A program made the position numbers and the translations under genes. A stretch of DNA of 64,000 nucleotides from Candidatus Anderseniibacteriota bacterium (lineage in GTDB: Bacteria; Patescibacteriota; JAUYIX01). The stretch spans positions 217,420 through 281,419 of the forward strand of contig JAXLZM010000001.1 in NCBI GenBank assembly GCA_046350855.1. The letters run 5' to 3'. The notes under the pieces were generated by a model that saw nothing but the letters and a program-made list of their open reading frames with translations, had not been told where the DNA came from and ran no database searches. Position 1 is the first letter of the stretch. Each line of letters starts with the position of its first letter. This document shows positions 18,038-28,322 of this stretch, piece by piece.

Positions 18038-19277
18038 GGTCCGCCGCAGATTGCCAGCTGATCTGTTTTGTTTTTACTAGTCCCCCTTCGCGGATTTTTT
18101 GCGCGAGTGCCTTGTCGTCAAGTAATTTTGCCAGCGCGTCAGCAATCCCCTGCGGAGTTGGTTGGGCCAGCAGAACCGTTTTGCCATCCTCAAAGACACC
18201 TTCGGTCGTCTCGCTCTTGATGTCCACGACCGGACAGCCACAGGCCATCATCTCGTGCGGAAAAATCGAGTAGTTGGTCAGCGAGCACACCAACGAAACA
18301 CTAGCGCGTCTAAAGAGTGCCCCGAGTTGCTCCTCGTTGAGGACCCCGAGACTCTCGTACGCAAACGGCACGTGGATGCCACTCAAGTCGTAGCCGTACA
18401 AAACGATTTTGGTTTGCGGTCGAGTCGCCTTGAGTTGCTTGAGCGCTTGCAGAGCGAGCTCCCAGCCCCGCCGAGGCGTGGCCGGTCGCGCATAATAGAT
18501 GACAAGATTGGGGTCGCGCTGCACGCTGGCCGCTCCGCCGATTTGTTCATCCGTAAAATACTTGATGGGGTCAAAAGCTTGCTCAAAGTAGGCCGCCGAC
18601 ATACCGTACTTTTTTTGGAGCAACCCTGCCAACCAAGCGCCGTTAGTAACACCGGCCAGACCCATGCGATAGGTGTTCTCGGCAAAGACATAGCTCGAGC
18701 TCATCGGATAAAACCAAGGCTCAAAATCCTGCACCATATAAAACTTTCGTTTGGCGTTACGCGCTTGGTAGACCGGATACGCCGTGTGCCAGTTGGTTGC
18801 GATCAGGGCATCGCACGCACGCAGTTTGCTGACGGCCTGGCTCGAGTCGGCACCCAGCAGGCTGAACTCCGCCTTGACCGGCTGAAAATGCGTGCGTACC
18901 GTGTCGCGGAATTCTGCCGCGGTTTTAAACTTGCTCCGTCCAAAAACGTAAAAATGCTGATCGTGGCCCCGTTCGTCCAAATACCTGGCAATCCGGAAAA
19001 TATTACGGTGGCCCCCGCTGCCGATGTCCATATCGGGGATGACCCAATTAATTTTGAGGGTCGAACGCACACTCTTGAGGCGTGAGGCGTCCGTGAGCGG
19101 GCGCGTGTTCCAGGTATCGAGTTCAACCGTACGGGTAACCGCACCAAAATAGTCAAAATCGTCGCTAAACCGGCCCTTGGTTGGGTCGGTAACATAGGAG
19201 ATGGTGCGGCGCACGGCATAGACAAAACCGTGACGTGTACGCTCTCGGTTAAATTTTGCGATTAGTCCGTTAGGCAT
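18006..19277 (-). CDS. glycosyltransferase, GT4/WsaF-like (rhamnosyltransferase-like)
   Basis: A 423-aa ORF. C-terminal ...EQLGALFRRASVSLVCSLTNYSIFPHEMMACGCPVVD is a GT1/GT4 nucleotide-sugar binding region. Confidence 0.55.
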   Translation of the reverse strand: MPNGLIAKFNRERTRHGFVYAVRRTISYVTDPTKGRFSDDFDYFGAVTRTVELDTWNTRPLTDASRLKSVRSTLKINWVIPDMDIGSGGHRNIFRIARYLDERGHDQHFYVFGRSKFKTAAEFRDTVRTHFQPVKAEFSLLGADSSQAVSKLRACDALIATNWHTAYPVYQARNAKRKFYMVQDFEPWFYPMSSSYVFAENTYRMGLAGVTNGAWLAGLLQKKYGMSAAYFEQAFDPIKYFTDEQIGGAASVQRDPNLVIYYARPATPRRGWELALQALKQLKATRPQTKIVLYGYDLSGIHVPFAYESLGVLNEEQLGALFRRASVSLVCSLTNYSIFPHEMMACGCPVVDIKSETTEGVFEDGKTVLLAQPTPQGIADALAKLLDDKALAQKIREGGLVKTKQISWQSAADHVERALKQAF

Positions 19278-20301
19278 TGATCAAATGATACTCACGTGAA
19301 ACTCGTTTTTGCAGCCAGTGTGGCAGGCGCTCGAGGCGTGGGCCGACGTACCCGCCCAACTGCCGCATAGTAGCAAGAGCGGCTGCGCGCGGGTACCAGA
19401 GCGTTTTTTGAACCCAGGACAGACGCGGGTCGGAGGCCAGAGCATGACGCGTCGCGAGACTAGCGCGCAGCACCCGACCAGGCAAATGCCAAAAGCGCTT
19501 AACATCAATATACCCAAAGGCCCGATACATCCCCTGCCACTCGTCGGTGTAGCGTCTAAAAAATTCCAGCGTGCCAAAGTTATGCGAGTGGTAGACGGCG
19601 GCGCGTGGTTCATACACTTTAAACCAACCCGCCTCGAGTAAGTCGCGCGCGATCAATTGATCCTCGCAGTAGGTCACATCTCTAAAGTTGCACTCCTCCC
19701 AGGCCGAACGCCGGATGGCTGCATTGACGTCCGAGGAAAACCGCATGAGTTCGTCATTGGGTTGACCCGCACGGTCAACGCCCGGTCCAGGCTTAGTGGC
19801 ATAGGTCGTAGCACGCCCACGTCCGTTTGTATTTTTTTCGGCAAAACCCGCAAAAAAAGCCAGGAGTTCTGCCCGGATCACCGGATTACCATCCGGCCGC
19901 GGCGCTTGTGGCCCAAAAACGATCCCGACATTGGGATTAGCAAATGGTGCGGTGATGTGCGCGAGCCACTGGGGTGTCATAGGCGAGGCATCGTGTGTGA
20001 TCAAAACGAGCAACTCACCACGGGCCTGCTGGGCCATATAATTACGGGTCTTGCCGTGACCAAACTCGCTAGCCTTGATGTGCATCAAGCGCACGTCAAA
20101 CGGCTGCACTGATTTTTGTACCCGCTCGGCAAAAGCGTTAATGCGCTCGACCGTGCCATCGCTCGAGCCACTATCAACGATCAGCACTTCAAAATTGACA
20201 CCCCGTTGCTGCTCGAGGGCACGTAGGACGTGCTCAAAGAGTGGACCTGCATTTTTGGTCGGCAAGAGCACGCTGACTTTGGGAGCAAGCTTTTTGCTCA
20301 T
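19270..20301 (-). CDS. GT2 glycosyltransferase
   Basis: MSKKLAPKVSVLLPTKNAGPLFEHVLRALEQQ...EVLIVDSGSSDGT. The start is chosen at the ATGA overlap with the upstream gene's stop (20298-20301). The track ORF extends to 20421. Confidence 0.65.
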   Translation of the reverse strand: MSKKLAPKVSVLLPTKNAGPLFEHVLRALEQQRGVNFEVLIVDSGSSDGTVERINAFAERVQKSVQPFDVRLMHIKASEFGHGKTRNYMAQQARGELLVLITHDASPMTPQWLAHITAPFANPNVGIVFGPQAPRPDGNPVIRAELLAFFAGFAEKNTNGRGRATTYATKPGPGVDRAGQPNDELMRFSSDVNAAIRRSAWEECNFRDVTYCEDQLIARDLLEAGWFKVYEPRAAVYHSHNFGTLEFFRRYTDEWQGMYRAFGYIDVKRFWHLPGRVLRASLATRHALASDPRLSWVQKTLWYPRAAALATMRQLGGYVGPRLERLPHWLQKRVSREYHLINA

Positions 20302-21305
20302 AGGGTGTTGTCCAAGAGTACCGATTTGGTTGGCAGCAACTCGAGGCCGCTGCGGTTCCAATAGGTTTTGTAGGCGCGATAGCCTTTGTAGAGTTGCCAA
20401 CGTAGAGCGCGGGTGAACCAATAGTACTGAAATTTACTCAGCGGTTTTTTAGAGTCACGGTTGATCCAGGGCTCAAGCCAGGCGGTCAGATAACGCGGCA
20501 GGCCGAGACTAAGTAAGGGGTGCCGTCCAAAGGTGAACTGCGCCTCAAGGTGCGGAAATTTAGCCAAAAAATACGCCAACGAGCGACCATTGTTGTAGCG
20601 CTTACGCAAAAACTCTGTATAGGTAGGATGGTAGTCGTGTACCGCAGCGGCCTCTTGGCGATAGATCATGCGCTCGCCGTACATCTCGAGCCGGTAGCCC
20701 AAGTCGATGTCCTCAACGCCGTAGACCGTAAAGCCCTCGTCGTAGCCGCCTACTTTTTGTAAGGCCTCGGTGCGGCAGCTCACGTTGCCGGTATAAAAGT
20801 AAGCAAAACTGGTCTGTTTAGGATCCAAAAATTTAAAGGTATTTTGGTCCTCGCTCTCTTTGAGGTAGCGCAAAAAGCGGCTGGGGCTCTCCTCCCAATT
20901 GACCGAAATATGCCCCAGCACCGAGCACGGTCCCTGCGCATGTCCACGCAAGTGCTCCTCGATCAAGGTTGGCGTGGCGAGGATGTCGTCGTCAATAAAC
21001 AATACCAGCGGCGTACTCGCACGCCGAATTCCCTCGTTGCGCGTGGGTGCTGCGCCCGGCTTTTTTTGGTAGGCGTAGGCCAGGTTGTCATAGCGTTGAC
21101 AGAGCGCGTCCATCATGGCACGGGTTTGGTCACTGGAGCGGTTGTCGACCACAATCACGTCGTACTCAGAGCGCGGCACACTTTGCTCCATGATTAAACG
21201 CACCGTCTCAGGCAACTGCTTGCCCCGATTGTAGGTTGGGATTACCACCGTAATTTTTTTGCCGGTCGAACTCCGAGAGGTCGCTGGCGTAGCGGTCTGA
21301 GACAT
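20298..21305 (-). CDS. GT2 glycosyltransferase
   Basis: KKITVVIPTYNRGKQLPETVRLIMEQ...DVIVVDNRSSDQT...LVLFIDDDIL. Confidence 0.7.
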   Translation of the reverse strand: MSQTATPATSRSSTGKKITVVIPTYNRGKQLPETVRLIMEQSVPRSEYDVIVVDNRSSDQTRAMMDALCQRYDNLAYAYQKKPGAAPTRNEGIRRASTPLVLFIDDDILATPTLIEEHLRGHAQGPCSVLGHISVNWEESPSRFLRYLKESEDQNTFKFLDPKQTSFAYFYTGNVSCRTEALQKVGGYDEGFTVYGVEDIDLGYRLEMYGERMIYRQEAAAVHDYHPTYTEFLRKRYNNGRSLAYFLAKFPHLEAQFTFGRHPLLSLGLPRYLTAWLEPWINRDSKKPLSKFQYYWFTRALRWQLYKGYRAYKTYWNRSGLELLPTKSVLLDNTL

Positions 21306-21307
21306 AG

Positions 21308-22330
21308 TTACCAGCGTCTAATGTGATAGTCCCAGCCCACAAATCTAATCCAGCGATGCCCCGGTACGGCGGCCTGCTCGCGCCGGCGTCGGATCAAGTG
21401 TGGCAGGTTACGCAAGTGTGCTACCAGAGCGCGCAGCAACAAACGCTTGCCGGTCAGGGAGTGATCTGACTGCAAAAAAACGAGACGGAGCATCTTGCCG
21501 CCATAGCGCAGGTACTCGCGCAGGCCGCCGTACACAAAGCGCAGCATCAGACCGTTTCTAAAGGCTAGGTAGTACTCGCGCTCACCGCCCTTGGCGCTCT
21601 TGACCCCCTGCTCGTGCCAGACTTTGGCACGGGGTTCGTACACACAGCGATACCCTTTGGCCCACATGCGCCAGGAGAGATCGACGTCCTCACAATACAT
21701 AAAGAGCCGCTCATCAAATACACCGGTACGCAGGAGCGCCCGGCGCCGAAGTAACGAGACTGCCCCACTACACCAGGGGGTCTCCTGGGTTTGCTGGTCA
21801 AACCACTTGGGATGTTCGACTGGTTGCTGCGCGGCCTCGACGATGCCAATCCCGCGCTCTTGCTCGGCCCGCATCACTAAGGTCTTGAGGGCCTCCGGAG
21901 CAATGCGCGTATCGGGGTTGAGCAGTAAAATGTAATCGGCCTGGCAGGCGCGCAGGGCAACATTGCAGCCCCCCGTAAAACCCTTGTTGGTACCTACTGC
22001 TACGAGCGTGACGGTTAGCCCGGCCGTTTGAGCCCGTAGCAAGGCCAGGGTGGTATCGGTCGAGCCGTTATCGAGCAAAAACAAGTGCAACCGATCAGGG
22101 GGATAGTCCAGTGCGCGGATTGCCTCGAGGTAGCGGGTCACGTGTCGCGCACCGTTGTAAAAAACGGTCACGATGTCGACGGTGGGCCAGTTGGTCAAGG
22201 GCTTGAGCGTTGGGAGAGTCACGCGCTCATGGTGTCCAGCCCGAACCACGGCCGGCATACTCTCCGGTAGACGCAAGGACAAGCGTCGTAAAACAGCGCC
22301 ACCAATGCGATTGATCGTTAGCATAAGCAC
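21308..22330 (-). CDS. GT2 glycosyltransferase (rhamnosyltransferase-like)
   Basis: VDIVTVFYNGARHVTRYLEAIRAL...LFLLDNGSTDTT...ILLLNPDTRI...FMYCEDVDLSWR. Confidence 0.7.
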   Translation of the reverse strand: MLMLTINRIGGAVLRRLSLRLPESMPAVVRAGHHERVTLPTLKPLTNWPTVDIVTVFYNGARHVTRYLEAIRALDYPPDRLHLFLLDNGSTDTTLALLRAQTAGLTVTLVAVGTNKGFTGGCNVALRACQADYILLLNPDTRIAPEALKTLVMRAEQERGIGIVEAAQQPVEHPKWFDQQTQETPWCSGAVSLLRRRALLRTGVFDERLFMYCEDVDLSWRMWAKGYRCVYEPRAKVWHEQGVKSAKGGEREYYLAFRNGLMLRFVYGGLREYLRYGGKMLRLVFLQSDHSLTGKRLLLRALVAHLRNLPHLIRRRREQAAVPGHRWIRFVGWDYHIRRW

Positions 22331-22389
22331 ACTATTCAGCCACAGCTGCCGGGCTTTTGCAAGGGCTAACGCACACGGCGGCCGACACT

Positions 22390-23640
22390 CTATGCGTGTA
22401 GCTGCAAGAGACTTTTGAGGGCGCTGCGGTACTGGTGATCTTGTTCAACCGACCAGCGCCGCAGCAGGTCTAGTTCACGCTTTTTTTGCTCGAGGAGTGT
22501 GCGCTGTTGACTGGTCCGCAGCTCGCTTGCGTTGAGCTGTCGCCGACGGGCATGGAGTTCTGCCAGAAGATTAAAAATCAGGACCAACTCTTTTTTAGAA
22601 AAATCACGTAGTGCCATGCGGGTCGCCTCGAGGTAGGCCTGTCCAAACTGTTTGTCGGGTTCGAGGTGGTTGCCCTCACCCCACTCGTTCCAGGCGTTGA
22701 TAAAGACGAGTTGTTCGGAGGGTTTATTTTTTTGGGCCTGGAGCAACGTCAGGGAGAGCCAGAGCTGATAGAGGGCGGGAGTCGAGTCGGTAAAGAGGTG
22801 CGCGCCCTTTTTACGGCGAGGCGAATTATCAAAACCGGGCGTGACACAGCCAAAGCGTTTGTAGGCCGGCTTGGGTTGGGCGAGTGCACCGTGCACGAGC
22901 TCCTCGTAGGCAAAAACGACGTCGCGTTCACGGTCGATGCGCGGCCTTGTCGGGATCACCAGCTCCCAGTTAGGTTGAAATTCTACGGCTGCATCAAAGC
23001 CCAAGGCGGTGGGTTCGTCCCGCTCATTAGGAAAGCTCTCCACTCGACAAAGGTACAGCTCGCCGATGCCAAGACGACGCGCCTCTTCACGCCAGACCGT
23101 GGTCAGCGCGCGCGGATCGGGCATGTGGTGGGCCCGGTAGATCAGCCAGAGGGGTTTACCGTCGATGCGAATGTAACGCGGGTCCTTAAAAAACGGGGCG
23201 AGGTACTGGAGATGTTTGCGCTCTCCAGCGGGGCTGTAGCGCTGTGGCATCAAGATCTCTTTTTGTGAACCATCCCAGGCTCGGGTCCAGGGTTCGTTAG
23301 CCCAGCACAGACAAAAGGGGTAGTCGGGTGTCCCTAGTGCTTGCAAGTCCTCGAGCGGTTTTTGTAAGAGAAGTTTGCCATCAAACCAGTAGTGGTAGTA
23401 GCAAAAACCAAAAATACCAGCGGCAGCAGCGAGCTTGGCCTGCTGCTCGCGCACCGTCTCAGCGCGCAAATCGTAGTAGCCTAAGTCGGCCGGCACGTGG
23501 GGCTGGTAGTGGCCGGGGAAACGTGGCTTTTGTTTGGCGACGTTGGTCCACTCGGTAAAACCTTTGCCCCACCAGGCGTCGTTCTCGGGGATCGGGTGGT
23601 ACTGCGGGAGATGAAACGCGATCAGTCGCGGCGGGCTCAT
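22390..23640 (-). CDS. WbsX-like glycosyltransferase (LPS/glycan biosynthesis) with C-terminal coiled coil
   Basis: MSPPRLIAFHLPQYHPIPENDAWWGKGFTEWTNV is the Glyco_tran_WbsX signature. The C-terminal ~60 aa are heptad-rich. Confidence 0.6.
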   Translation of the reverse strand: MSPPRLIAFHLPQYHPIPENDAWWGKGFTEWTNVAKQKPRFPGHYQPHVPADLGYYDLRAETVREQQAKLAAAAGIFGFCYYHYWFDGKLLLQKPLEDLQALGTPDYPFCLCWANEPWTRAWDGSQKEILMPQRYSPAGERKHLQYLAPFFKDPRYIRIDGKPLWLIYRAHHMPDPRALTTVWREEARRLGIGELYLCRVESFPNERDEPTALGFDAAVEFQPNWELVIPTRPRIDRERDVVFAYEELVHGALAQPKPAYKRFGCVTPGFDNSPRRKKGAHLFTDSTPALYQLWLSLTLLQAQKNKPSEQLVFINAWNEWGEGNHLEPDKQFGQAYLEATRMALRDFSKKELVLIFNLLAELHARRRQLNASELRTSQQRTLLEQKKRELDLLRRWSVEQDHQYRSALKSLLQLHA

Positions 23641-24704
23641 GACTGTCGCGGTCCGACCAGCGCCTTTTTGAACCGCGCGAGCCGCTGTGCCAGACGATAG
23701 GTTCGGGAGTGCTCGATGTGCTCAAGACGCATCCGCGTCGCCTCTAGCTCCGAGCGCAAAGGGCGCAGCTGCCCGACCTCTCTCCAGAGGGCTTCGTGCT
23801 TGGCATGGAGGGTCTCATAGTTTTTGCGCCAGGCGGCTGCATCAGCTTGGGGTCCCACTTGGAGTGCCTGTAGGCGCCGTAGTTCCGCCTCGATTTGGTT
23901 ACGGTGTGCAATGACCTCCAACTTAGTCTTGACCTCGCTCGTGTAGCGTAAGTCCTCCACATCGGTCAGTTGCGAGGGGGCGGTGAGCGCCGTGAGGGGT
24001 CCGTCCGAGCAGACCGCAATAAAAAACTTAGGGGTACGCTGCCAAGCTTGTGCACCAACAAATTCGGTCCCGGTGCGGATGAGGTAAAACTCGTGCAACG
24101 GCTCGGTCTTAGTCGAGCGGATCGGCCAGAGCTGCGAGCTACTCAAGACCCGCTGACCAAACAGTTGCACGTTGGCAAAGTGACTTTTGGTGAGCTGTTC
24201 AAACTCGTCCAAAAAAAGCTCTTTGATATGGTAGGGATTGTCGTGCTTTTGGTCGTGCTCGTAGATGGCCTTGTTGGGCGTCGAGACCATAAAGACGCCG
24301 CCAGGTTTGAGCAGGCGGCGGACTTCGCGCAGGAGCTCCTCGTGCTCGGTGACATGCTCGAGCGCTTCAAAACAGGTGATCACATCAAAGTGCTGTACCC
24401 CCTCGATGGGAATCTGCGTGATAGAGCCGTGCACAAAAGACAAATTGTGCGCGCTGTAGCGCGAGGCGGCGTGGTGGAGTGCCTCTGCGTTGAGTTCAAC
24501 CGCGGTAACCTGTAAGGCCTGGCGGGCCAACAAAGCTGCTCCATACCCCTCACCCGAGGCCAAATCTAAAACGCGCTTGCCACGCACAAACTGTGCAGCG
24601 TACGTATAGCGATGTAGATGTTCGTACCCTCCCTCGATTGCCTCACTCCATGGCAAGTACCGTTCCCCTGTCTCTGGCAACATAGCGTCCTCTTTGTATA
24701 ACAA
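23637..24704 (-). CDS. class I SAM-dependent methyltransferase with C-terminal coiled-coil extension (WbdD-like chain-terminator candidate)
   Basis: VLDLASGEGYGAALLA (SAM motif I) ...VSTPN..., followed by a ~100-aa coiled-coil tail. It lies directly upstream of the Wzt/Wzm genes. Confidence 0.6.
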   Translation of the reverse strand: MLYKEDAMLPETGERYLPWSEAIEGGYEHLHRYTYAAQFVRGKRVLDLASGEGYGAALLARQALQVTAVELNAEALHHAASRYSAHNLSFVHGSITQIPIEGVQHFDVITCFEALEHVTEHEELLREVRRLLKPGGVFMVSTPNKAIYEHDQKHDNPYHIKELFLDEFEQLTKSHFANVQLFGQRVLSSSQLWPIRSTKTEPLHEFYLIRTGTEFVGAQAWQRTPKFFIAVCSDGPLTALTAPSQLTDVEDLRYTSEVKTKLEVIAHRNQIEAELRRLQALQVGPQADAAAWRKNYETLHAKHEALWREVGQLRPLRSELEATRMRLEHIEHSRTYRLAQRLARFKKALVGPRQS

Positions 24705-24751
24705 AGCCGACAGAACCCAGCAAGCGCCGGCCGGGCGGGTTGCCCACTCGG

Positions 24752-25480
24752 CTAGCCGATGCGCGAGCGGTAGGCACTCACCACAACCTGGGGTGGACCT
24801 TCCATCACTTTGCGGCCACGGTCCATGAGGATGACGCGATCGCTGAACCGTTCGATACTACGCAGGTCGTGTGAGACAAACACGATCGTTTTTTCTTGCT
24901 GCTTCATTTTTTCAAAGAGGGCAAAGCATTTTTGCTGAAAACGCTCGTCGCCGACCGCCAATACCTCATCAAAAAGCAAGATCGGCGCGTCGCTCTGGAT
25001 CGCGGTTGCAAAGGCCAAGCGCACGTACATCCCCGAGCTAAAATTGCGTAGGCGCGTATCGATAAAGCGCTCAAGCTCGGAGAATCGTACGATGTCATCA
25101 AACTTTTCGTTGATCTCGCGGCGGCTGAGTCCCAAGATCGCGCCGTAGAGAAAAATGTTCTCTCGGGCGGTCAGGTCGTAGTTAAAGCCAACTCCCAACT
25201 CCAAAAACGGTGAGATTCGATCACGCACGGTTAACTCTCCTCCAGTCGGTTGATAAATACCGGCAATGATTTTAAGCAGGGTTGATTTGCCGCAGCCGTT
25301 GGGGCCGATCAGCGAGATGAACTCCCCGGGCGAAACGCTAAACGAGACGTTATCGACCGCTTTAAATTGCTCGTAGGTACGCGGCCGCAAGATAGAGGCC
25401 AGGTTTTCTTTAACCGAGCGGCGCTGCTCGTGCGGCACCTTAAAGACTTTAGTGATGTTGTTGAGTTCGATCAGGGGCAT
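24752..25480 (-). CDS. polysaccharide/teichoic-acid export ABC transporter ATP-binding protein (Wzt/TagH-like)
   Basis: GPNGCGKSTLLKIIAG (Walker A), LSGGM, ILLFDEVLAVGD. The start is chosen at MPLIELNNITK. The track ORF runs to 25519. Confidence 0.75.
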   Translation of the reverse strand: MPLIELNNITKVFKVPHEQRRSVKENLASILRPRTYEQFKAVDNVSFSVSPGEFISLIGPNGCGKSTLLKIIAGIYQPTGGELTVRDRISPFLELGVGFNYDLTARENIFLYGAILGLSRREINEKFDDIVRFSELERFIDTRLRNFSSGMYVRLAFATAIQSDAPILLFDEVLAVGDERFQQKCFALFEKMKQQEKTIVFVSHDLRSIERFSDRVILMDRGRKVMEGPPQVVVSAYRSRIG

Positions 25481-25499
25481 AGTGGTAGCGGGCGCGCGG

Positions 25500-26249
25500 T
25501 TAGACTTCTTCTGCAACACGTTTTTCGCGGCTTCTAAAAATCAGATAGCCCAGCGAAAAAATCAAAAGCGAGGCGGCTAGTGTAATGAGTAAGTCACTAC
25601 CGTTGGGCCAGTGCAGTTCTACCAGTAACTCGCGTGTCTCGTGGATAATGCGGTGCATCGGGTTGAGGCCCATAAATTTTACAAAGCGCTGGGGGACGAT
25701 CGCGAGCGGATAAATAATGGGCGTGACCCAAAATCCGATTTGGAGCAAAATCTCCCAGATGCTAGCGAGGTCACGCAGACGGACATACCAGACCGAGAGG
25801 GCCAAGGAGACGCCGAGGGCAATCAAAAAAAGTTCGGCGATGACAAGGGGGAGGGCGGCAAACGTCCAGGCGATCTCATGTTGAAAAATCGCGGCCAGAA
25901 CAAAAAAGATCACAAGGTTGAGCAGGAGTGTGAGGAGGGTGGTGACGTTGCTGGCCAGCACCACCGTAAATTTATTGACGTTAATTTTAGTGAGTAAGCT
26001 CGATTTGTTGACCAAGGAGTGCATGCCATTGAGGGTCGCCTCGGTAAAGTAGTTCCAGAGCAGGATCCCGAGCAAGAGAAAGAGCGGATAGTTAGGGACA
26101 TCAAAACGGACAAAAATTGAGAACACTAAGTAGAGGCTGCCAAAGATGGCGAGTGGCTTAAGCAACGACCACAAATACCCGAGGACCGAGTTTTTGTAGC
26201 GTAATTTAAAGTCGGTGATGGCGAGCTCTTTGAGTAGGCTGAACCGCAT
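25500..26249 (-). CDS. ABC-2 type polysaccharide export permease (Wzm/TagG-like)
   Basis: A 249-aa protein with 6 TM helices, MRFSLLKELAITDFKLRYKNSVLGYLW. Confidence 0.75.
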   Translation of the reverse strand: MRFSLLKELAITDFKLRYKNSVLGYLWSLLKPLAIFGSLYLVFSIFVRFDVPNYPLFLLLGILLWNYFTEATLNGMHSLVNKSSLLTKINVNKFTVVLASNVTTLLTLLLNLVIFFVLAAIFQHEIAWTFAALPLVIAELFLIALGVSLALSVWYVRLRDLASIWEILLQIGFWVTPIIYPLAIVPQRFVKFMGLNPMHRIIHETRELLVELHWPNGSDLLITLAASLLIFSLGYLIFRSREKRVAEEV

Positions 26250-26332
26250 TGGACGAGCAATTCAAGCATGCTAGGAGCACTCTGGCAAGTGTTCTGCTTT
26301 GCATTGCGGACCTCGTTTGCTAGCCTGCGAGG

Positions 26333-27124
26333 ATGGTTTTACGAAGCCCTGGCGACGGTCACTCCTCTAACTGGGTTGTGGTGCCAACATATAACGAGGT
26401 CGAAAATATTGCTTTGCTGATTCCTGCCATCCTCAAACAGGGTCAAGATTTTGGCGTACTCGTTGTCGATGATGGTTCACCCGATGGAACGGCTGACTTA
26501 GCAGAAAAAACCGGCCGTGCCTGGCCGGGACGAGTGGAGGTGGTGCGACGTCAGGCTAAAGAAGGCTACGGTCGCGCCATTATGGCGGGCTGGCGCGAGG
26601 CACTGCGACTCGGAGCCCAGGCGGTGTTTACGATGGACTGTGATTTTTCGCACGATCCGGCGGCCTTGCCTCGGCTGGCCTTGCAGCTTGAGCACACCGA
26701 TGTTGCGGTGGGGAGTCGCTATGTACTCGGTGGTCGGACGGTCAACTGGCCTACCCGTCGCAAGGTGCTCTCGGCCGTGGCCAACCGACTGGCACGATCG
26801 GTGGCGGGATTACCGGTGCATGATTGCACGGGTGGATTCCGCGGGTATCGCATCGAGGTTATTGAGCAGTTGGTGAAAGAGCGCGTGCAATCGGCCAACT
26901 ACACTTTTTTAGTTGAGACACTTTTTTTGGCGCAGCGTATGGATTTTTCGATCGGCGAGATTGCGATCATCTTTAAAGAGCGCGAGCGTGGCCAATCAAA
27001 AGTTAACGGCAAGCTCATTGCGGGCGCGGTACTCAATCTCGCTAAGATTGGACTACGACGACTTTCTTTTGGGCGACCGGCCGCGGCCGCAGCGCCAGAG
27101 CCAGCGCAAACCCGAGCACGATAA
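26333..27124 (+). CDS. polyprenyl-phosphate glycosyltransferase, GT2 (Dpm1/GtrB-like)
   Basis: WVVVPTYNEVENIALLI...VLVVDDGSPDGT...SRYV...TGGFRGYR. Confidence 0.7.
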   Translation: MVLRSPGDGHSSNWVVVPTYNEVENIALLIPAILKQGQDFGVLVVDDGSPDGTADLAEKTGRAWPGRVEVVRRQAKEGYGRAIMAGWREALRLGAQAVFTMDCDFSHDPAALPRLALQLEHTDVAVGSRYVLGGRTVNWPTRRKVLSAVANRLARSVAGLPVHDCTGGFRGYRIEVIEQLVKERVQSANYTFLVETLFLAQRMDFSIGEIAIIFKERERGQSKVNGKLIAGAVLNLAKIGLRRLSFGRPAAAAAPEPAQTRAR

Positions 27125-28313
27125 AGGGCGCACGGACACCTTCAAAGGTGCTGGGCACGGCTTGGATACTAAGGAGGGCCGCGAGACTGGCCAAGATGCC
27201 GGTGGTCGGCCAACGTTGGCCGGGACCGGCGAGGCGTCGCGCCACGCGCACGACGATCCAGACCAACCAGATGGCTGTGACGAACGCCGCAATCAGCCCA
27301 AACGTCACCACAAACTCGAGCGACAAGTTATGCAGGGCGTGCAGGGTCGGTTGACCCGGGAGTTCTGCCGTTACTAACTGGCTGGAGGCACCCGGCCCCA
27401 GCCCACGCCAGGGCTGCAGCTTGATCACGCGGATCCCCTCTTGCACCAGGGTCCAACGCGCATCAAAGGACTGGCGCACCCCGATCGTGGCCAAGCTCAC
27501 CCGCTCGCGCACCGAGTCGGGCAAAACAAACCAATTGAGTCCAATGAGCAACGCCACGGCCAACGCGACAAGCCACAGTTTGCTGCGATATTTAGGCAGA
27601 CGCACCAAGGCAACGATAAAAAAGATGAGAGCGGCAAGCGCGAGGGCAAGGAGTGTCAAGGACGAACCCGTAAAAAAAACGGCAACCAAGCCGGCTGCGA
27701 CCGTACCGAGTGAGAGCCAGCGCCGCAGGCCGTTCCAGGCCAATCCAAAACCGGCAAGCAGCGGCAACAACAAGCCGAGACTGGCCGCCAGGTGGTTCTG
27801 CCCGATAAAGACGGAGGTGATCGCCCACTGCTGACGATAGGGGTTGTGTAAATTTGAGAGAGGCAGGTGTGTGTCGGCGAGTTTTTCGATGAGGCCGATG
27901 AGCACGATGCCGATCACGGCAACGAGCAACGCGGTCGCCACGTACTTGCTACCAATACTAGGACGAACAGCAACTCCAATCAGTGCGACCAACACAAAGC
28001 CGTTCAGCCACTCGTAGGCAAGTGGGATAGTCTGCGGAAAATGCGACCAGGTCAGCGAGAGCAGTGTCCAGCCGATGAGGAGTGCGGGCACAAGGAGCAG
28101 CTGCCACAGACCCGCCTTTTGACGCGACTCTTTTTTAAAGAGCACAACGAGCGCCCACACTAACAGTGTTAGCCCACCGAGAATCAAAAAGTTACGCGGA
28201 GCAAAGACGAGAGCGCCAAGGCGCGTCGCGGTGAGGTAGCGGGAATACTCCGCCAGCAGCACAAAGAGGCACGCCAGCGGAATCAGCCAGTAACGCTCAA
28301 ACTTTTGTTCCAT
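27042..28313 (-). CDS. O-antigen ligase/polymerase family membrane protein
   Basis: A 423-aa protein with about 11 TM helices and a large outer loop, the Wzy_C/WaaL-like architecture. Its 3' end overlaps the preceding gene by 83 bp. Confidence 0.55.
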   Translation of the reverse strand: MEQKFERYWLIPLACLFVLLAEYSRYLTATRLGALVFAPRNFLILGGLTLLVWALVVLFKKESRQKAGLWQLLLVPALLIGWTLLSLTWSHFPQTIPLAYEWLNGFVLVALIGVAVRPSIGSKYVATALLVAVIGIVLIGLIEKLADTHLPLSNLHNPYRQQWAITSVFIGQNHLAASLGLLLPLLAGFGLAWNGLRRWLSLGTVAAGLVAVFFTGSSLTLLALALAALIFFIVALVRLPKYRSKLWLVALAVALLIGLNWFVLPDSVRERVSLATIGVRQSFDARWTLVQEGIRVIKLQPWRGLGPGASSQLVTAELPGQPTLHALHNLSLEFVVTFGLIAAFVTAIWLVWIVVRVARRLAGPGQRWPTTGILASLAALLSIQAVPSTFEGVRAPFIVLGFALALALRPRPVAQKKVVVVQS

Positions 28314-28322
28314 CTCTCTAGC

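Noticed and set aside
18162-19085. A 307-aa plus-strand ORF
   Set aside because: Antisense to the GT4 gene 18006..19277, with R/L-rich shadow-ORF composition.
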